Shown: positions 60,424 to 64,000 of the stretch, piece after piece
How the letters are laid out: every line of letters begins with the position of its first letter
Position numbering within the stretch: position 1 is the first letter of the stretch
NCBI GenBank assembly: GCA_977020255.1
Contig: CDROCS010000253.1
Span: forward strand, 1,116,001-1,180,000
Origin: Obrimoposthia wandeli
Taxonomy: Eukaryota
Length of the DNA stretch: 64,000 nucleotides
Direction: 5' to 3'
Translations under genes and position numbers: made by a program
Notes under the pieces: generated by a model
Told to the model about the DNA's origin: nothing
Database searches by the model: none
The model's input: only the letters and a program-made list of their open reading frames with translations

Positions 60424-60478
60424 TAAATTGAGTCATCCATAGTTCAGTGTTTTGCTAACGAGTTTTTATATTTTTATT

Positions 60479-61177
60479 TTATGTGCCTTTAAATAAATGC
60501 ACATTTTTTACTTCAATAAATTGATTTTTGTTAGCACCACTGGTGTAACTTAATTTGCCTTCTAACATCAGTTCATCACCAATATCGCCATGTTCTGCTA
60601 GATCTTGCGCTTGTTTCCCCCAAACATGAATGGCGCGTTCTACTGAAATTGTCTGCCATGCTTGCTTATCGGTATTATAAATATGCTGGTTAATGATAAT
60701 ATTTGCTTGAGTTATATTCTTATTTTGTTCGGTTAACATTAATTTTGGTTTTGAGGTTAATTGGGCACTACAATGAATTTGGTTGATTGCTTGCGTGTAA
60801 CCTTTATTAAATTTTTGTACGAAGTTGGCGTGCACAATACCTAGATGATTAGTATTTTTATCGGTTGTTTTTGGCTTGATATTACTTAAATAGCCATGCA
60901 GTAAAATTATGTCACCTTTGTTGGCGTGTAGTAATGCCAGTTCGACCAATTCACCTTCTACTTTCACATGATGGTAGCTAGTCCATTCTTTATATTTATT
61001 GGTGTTTTTATCTAGCCATTTACTGGATGTAGCTAAAACAATTTCAGTCACTGCGATTGCAGGATTCGCACGGTAACGTATATCTGGCGTTGCTACTAAA
61101 TTGCCTAACAAAGTCACGACACAAAGCTGTGGACTTGGTGTTTTTAGGTGCTTATTAACAGTATCAGATAATGACAA
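60479..61177 (-). CDS. SSB-like protein with two tandem OB folds
   Basis: VTLLGNLVATPDIRY...KGDIILLHGYL and HVWGKQA...GDELMLEGKL resemble SSB; no acidic IPF tail. Confidence 0.78.
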   Translation of the reverse strand: MSLSDTVNKHLKTPSPQLCVVTLLGNLVATPDIRYRANPAIAVTEIVLATSSKWLDKNTNKYKEWTSYHHVKVEGELVELALLHANKGDIILLHGYLSNIKPKTTDKNTNHLGIVHANFVQKFNKGYTQAINQIHCSAQLTSKPKLMLTEQNKNITQANIIINQHIYNTDKQAWQTISVERAIHVWGKQAQDLAEHGDIGDELMLEGKLSYTSGANKNQFIEVKNVHLFKGT

Positions 61178-61287
61178 ACGTTTTTCCTGTGAGATTAAAA
61201 TTAAACCAATTACTCCACTACTTATTATCTCTTTGTGTGGTTAAAGGATCAAGTGTTTATATTTCAATATGAATAGGTTAGGATTTA

Positions 61288-61339
61288 TATACCCTTTCTC
61301 GACTTGCTAAAATCTGCATCTTGAAGTGGAGCAGGTATA
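61288..61339. repeat. Family B mini-element (52 bp)
   Basis: TATACCC...GCATCTTGAAGTGGAGCAGGTATA. Confidence 0.55.
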
Positions 61340-61387
61340 GTAATCTGTTGTAAAATATTTCGAATTATATATTTCCAAGGAATCAGG

Positions 61388-63310
61388 ATGGTTTTAATGA
61401 ATAAAAGAATAATCTCTATAATTTTCTTATCTCTAATGTTTTGCTCTAGTATTGTCAATGCAGCCAATGTCAAAGATTTTTCTCGTCATGCTCAATACCA
61501 TAATGTGAAAATATCACCAGATGGCAAACACTTAGCGGCCTTAGTTATCGTTGACGGTTTAAAGAGTTTAGTCTTCCTTGAAACAGATAGTTATAAAGTC
61601 ACTTACTCGTTAAGTGCCAATAGAAAAGGCCAAGCAGCGGAATATTATTGGGCGAATAATGAACGAGTAATTATTCAAGTTGAGCAAATGCGCGGTGCTC
61701 TAGAGAAACCAATTAATATGGGGGAAATATACGCACTAAATTATGATGGTAAAAAGAAACGAATGATTTTCGGCTATCGTTCTAAAGGGGGGATAGTTCT
61801 TTCTGCCGATGGTGGTTTTTTAATTGACAAATTAGTCGGTGACTCCAAACATGTACTTATTCAAAAGCGAGAACTTTCTCGAAAAACAGATGTTTTAGCA
61901 AAAATTGTTAAGCTTAATATTTATAATGGTAAAGAAAAAATAATTAAAAGAGCTCCTATGCCCTATAGCCAATTTCTTATTGATGGCAATGGGCAGCCAC
62001 GTTTTGCCGCGGGTGTTGATAAAAACCACGATACCAAGATTTTTTACTCAAAAGGTAAGGGAGAGCCTTGGCGGTCATTTGGCAAAGATATCACAGGGGA
62101 CTTTAATCCTATTTCTTTTGGCCAAGATAATAATAGTGTTTATGCGTTAAAAAGTGAACAAGGCGAGCCACAAGGTTTGTATGAATATAATCTAGAAACG
62201 TATGAAGAAACTTTGTTATACCGAAGTGAAATTGCCGATCCAACCTATGCTGTTAAATCTGATCTTAATGAGGTCTATGGTTTACGTATTGATGAAGATT
62301 ATCCTAAATATGTCTACATAGATGAGAATGTTAAAGATGCCCAGTTACATAAAGCGTTATACAAATCGTTTAAAGGCGATAGCGTTGCTATAACAAGTAA
62401 AACGGCTGATGGTGAAAAAATCATTGTGCATGTTAGTGGTGATAGAAACCCCGGCACGTTTTATTTATTTAATACTAAGACGATGAAAGCAAGGCATCTA
62501 TTTAATGCTCGTCCATGGGTTAAAGCGAATGAAATGGCTGCAACTGAGCCATTTCGCATTAAAAGTAAAGATGGTTTAGTTTTAAACGGTTACCTAACTC
62601 TACCTATTGGCAAAAGTAAAAACTTACCAACGGTGTTACTGCCTCACGGTGGGCCACAAGCCCGTGATTATTGGCGCTATGATCCGCAGGTACAAATGTT
62701 AGCTAATGCGGGTTACGCAGTAATACAGGTTAACTTTAGAGGGTCAGCAGGTTATGGGCAGGCGTTTGAGGAAGCTGGTTTTAAAAACTGGGGCACAAAA
62801 ATACAAGATGATATTATCCTCGCGGCTAATTATGCCGTGCAACAGGGGATAAGTGATAAAAATAGATTATGTTTGATGGGCTCAAGTTTTGGTGGTTATA
62901 GTGCTTTGCAAAGTGCGATTAGAAAACCAGAGTTATTCAAATGTGCTATTGGTATCGCTGGTGTATATGACCTGCCAATGCTTTATAGTGAAGGTGATAT
63001 CAAAACCTTGAAATGGGGTGATGCATTTTTAGATAAAGTATTAGGTACCGATGTTGCTGTGCAAAAGTCACAATCACCGGTACATCACGTTGATAAATTA
63101 AAAGCGGCAATATTTATTATTCATGGTGAAGACGACGAGCGTGCGCCTATTGAACATGCAGAAGCATTAAAAGCCTCCTTAGAAGCAATTAACTATCCAT
63201 TTGAGTGGTTAGTGAAAGACAAAGAAGGCCATGGCTTTTATAATGAAGACAATATTTTAGAATCGAATCAAAAAATCTTGTCTTTTTTGGACAAGCATAT
63301 AGGAAGTTAA
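61388..63310 (+). CDS. S9-family peptidase (dipeptidyl aminopeptidase/acylaminoacyl peptidase-like)
   Basis: ISPDG, PHGGP, NFRGS.GYG, GSSFGG, HG..D.R, EGHG motifs. Confidence 0.93.
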   Translation: MVLMNKRIISIIFLSLMFCSSIVNAANVKDFSRHAQYHNVKISPDGKHLAALVIVDGLKSLVFLETDSYKVTYSLSANRKGQAAEYYWANNERVIIQVEQMRGALEKPINMGEIYALNYDGKKKRMIFGYRSKGGIVLSADGGFLIDKLVGDSKHVLIQKRELSRKTDVLAKIVKLNIYNGKEKIIKRAPMPYSQFLIDGNGQPRFAAGVDKNHDTKIFYSKGKGEPWRSFGKDITGDFNPISFGQDNNSVYALKSEQGEPQGLYEYNLETYEETLLYRSEIADPTYAVKSDLNEVYGLRIDEDYPKYVYIDENVKDAQLHKALYKSFKGDSVAITSKTADGEKIIVHVSGDRNPGTFYLFNTKTMKARHLFNARPWVKANEMAATEPFRIKSKDGLVLNGYLTLPIGKSKNLPTVLLPHGGPQARDYWRYDPQVQMLANAGYAVIQVNFRGSAGYGQAFEEAGFKNWGTKIQDDIILAANYAVQQGISDKNRLCLMGSSFGGYSALQSAIRKPELFKCAIGIAGVYDLPMLYSEGDIKTLKWGDAFLDKVLGTDVAVQKSQSPVHHVDKLKAAIFIIHGEDDERAPIEHAEALKASLEAINYPFEWLVKDKEGHGFYNEDNILESNQKILSFLDKHIGS

Positions 63311-64000
63311 TGAGCCCAACTATTGCCAGCGAACAGTTAAGTAAGGTCGCCCTTGGTTACGTAGACAGTGTCGATAGCGAATACGCTAAAAGACTTGCCA
63401 AAAAATGGCAGTTTAATTACCTCGGGCATATTGCCGCTGCCAGTAAACAGCCAGAGCTTGAATTTATATTGCAAATGCATCATCACGCATTAGAGCTTTG
63501 TAAATTAGATGAACCTAAACTCGGCGCTATTAAAGTAGACTTTGTTGAAGGCGCAGTCGCTCATCGACGTAAATTTGGTGGCGGTCGTGGTCAAGATATT
63601 GCCAAAGCGGTAGGCTTAAAACATGGTTTTACACCCCATGTGTTAGACGCAACCGCAGGGCTTGGCAGAGATGCGTTTGTATTAGCTAGCCTTGGTTGTA
63701 AACTTACTTTATTGGAACGTATGCCTGTTGTTGCTGCACTGTTAGATGATGGTATTGAACGAGCCAAACTAAATCATGAAGTTGCCGATATTGCCAATAA
63801 CATGCAGTTAATTCACGGTTCATCACTTGAGGAAATGGACTTAGCAAACGCGCCAGACGTGGTGTATTTAGACCCCATGTATCCGCACCGTGAAAAGTCA
63901 GCCGCGGTAAAAAAAGAAATGCGAATTTTTCAATCACTTGTTGGTGAAGATCTTGATGCTGATGGCTTACTTGAACCAGCCTTAGCGTTAGCTAAATATC
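63310..64000 (+). CDS. rsmJ: 16S rRNA m2G1516 methyltransferase, 5' part; runs off the right edge
   Basis: Hand translation from ATG 63310 (TAATG overlap): [30 protein letters not shown]. Confidence 0.93.
   Translation, partial: MSPTIASEQLSKVALGYVDSVDSEYAKRLAKKWQFNYLGHIAAASKQPELEFILQMHHHALELCKLDEPKLGAIKVDFVEGAVAHRRKFGGGRGQDIAKAVGLKHGFTPHVLDATAGLGRDAFVLASLGCKLTLLERMPVVAALLDDGIERAKLNHEVADIANNMQLIHGSSLEEMDLANAPDVVYLDPMYPHREKSAAVKKEMRIFQSLVGEDLDADGLLEPALALAKY

Noticed and set aside
63310-64000. rsmJ as a type I-F3 CRISPR-transposon attachment site
   Set aside because: rsmJ is a known target, but no tns/tniQ/cas genes, Tn7 ends or array are visible; the region beyond the edge cannot be seen.
1-64000. 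tRNA, rRNA or riboswitch genes
   Set aside because: No cloverleaf/T-loop, rRNA-like or recognisable aptamer sequence was seen by eye; an Infernal/Rfam scan would be needed to exclude small RNAs.

Overview
This 64-kb window is AT-rich gammaproteobacterial chromosome. The gene set (cti, PEP-CTERM, kdkA, TRAP) suggests Colwellia or a related Alteromonadales genus; that is inference. It is mostly conserved housekeeping DNA: hemCDX, cyaY, lptM-dapF-yigA-yigB, uvrD, rarD, recQ, a class III nrdG-nrdD, yicC, rph-pyrE, kdkA-waaA, kbl-tdh, glpEG, ubiCA, a TRAP transporter, plsB and rsmJ. The one clear accessory block (about 26286-31141) appears to have integrated into the 3' end of yicC. A displaced copy of the yicC end, followed by a terminator, sits about 4.8 kb away. 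The block carries only a hipBA-type toxin-antitoxin module and no integrase, and its hipA is split by an intact IS21-family element with a 5-bp CATGT duplication. Intergenic regions hold at least three small repeat families: about 162-bp TA-flanked MITEs, 52-58-bp mini-elements with ATACCC ends, and REP/dRS3-like palindromes. Some repeat ends form extended -10 boxes, and one supplies a gene's C-terminus. Other leads are an unannotated 35-aa MGCCGGCGG peptide, a tandem-OB SSB-like protein, a degenerate beta-propeller/TM/SHOCT protein, a FIST + GGDEF/EAL pair, four NrdR boxes, and the absence of xerC from its usual operon. No rRNA, tRNA or CRISPR array was seen.
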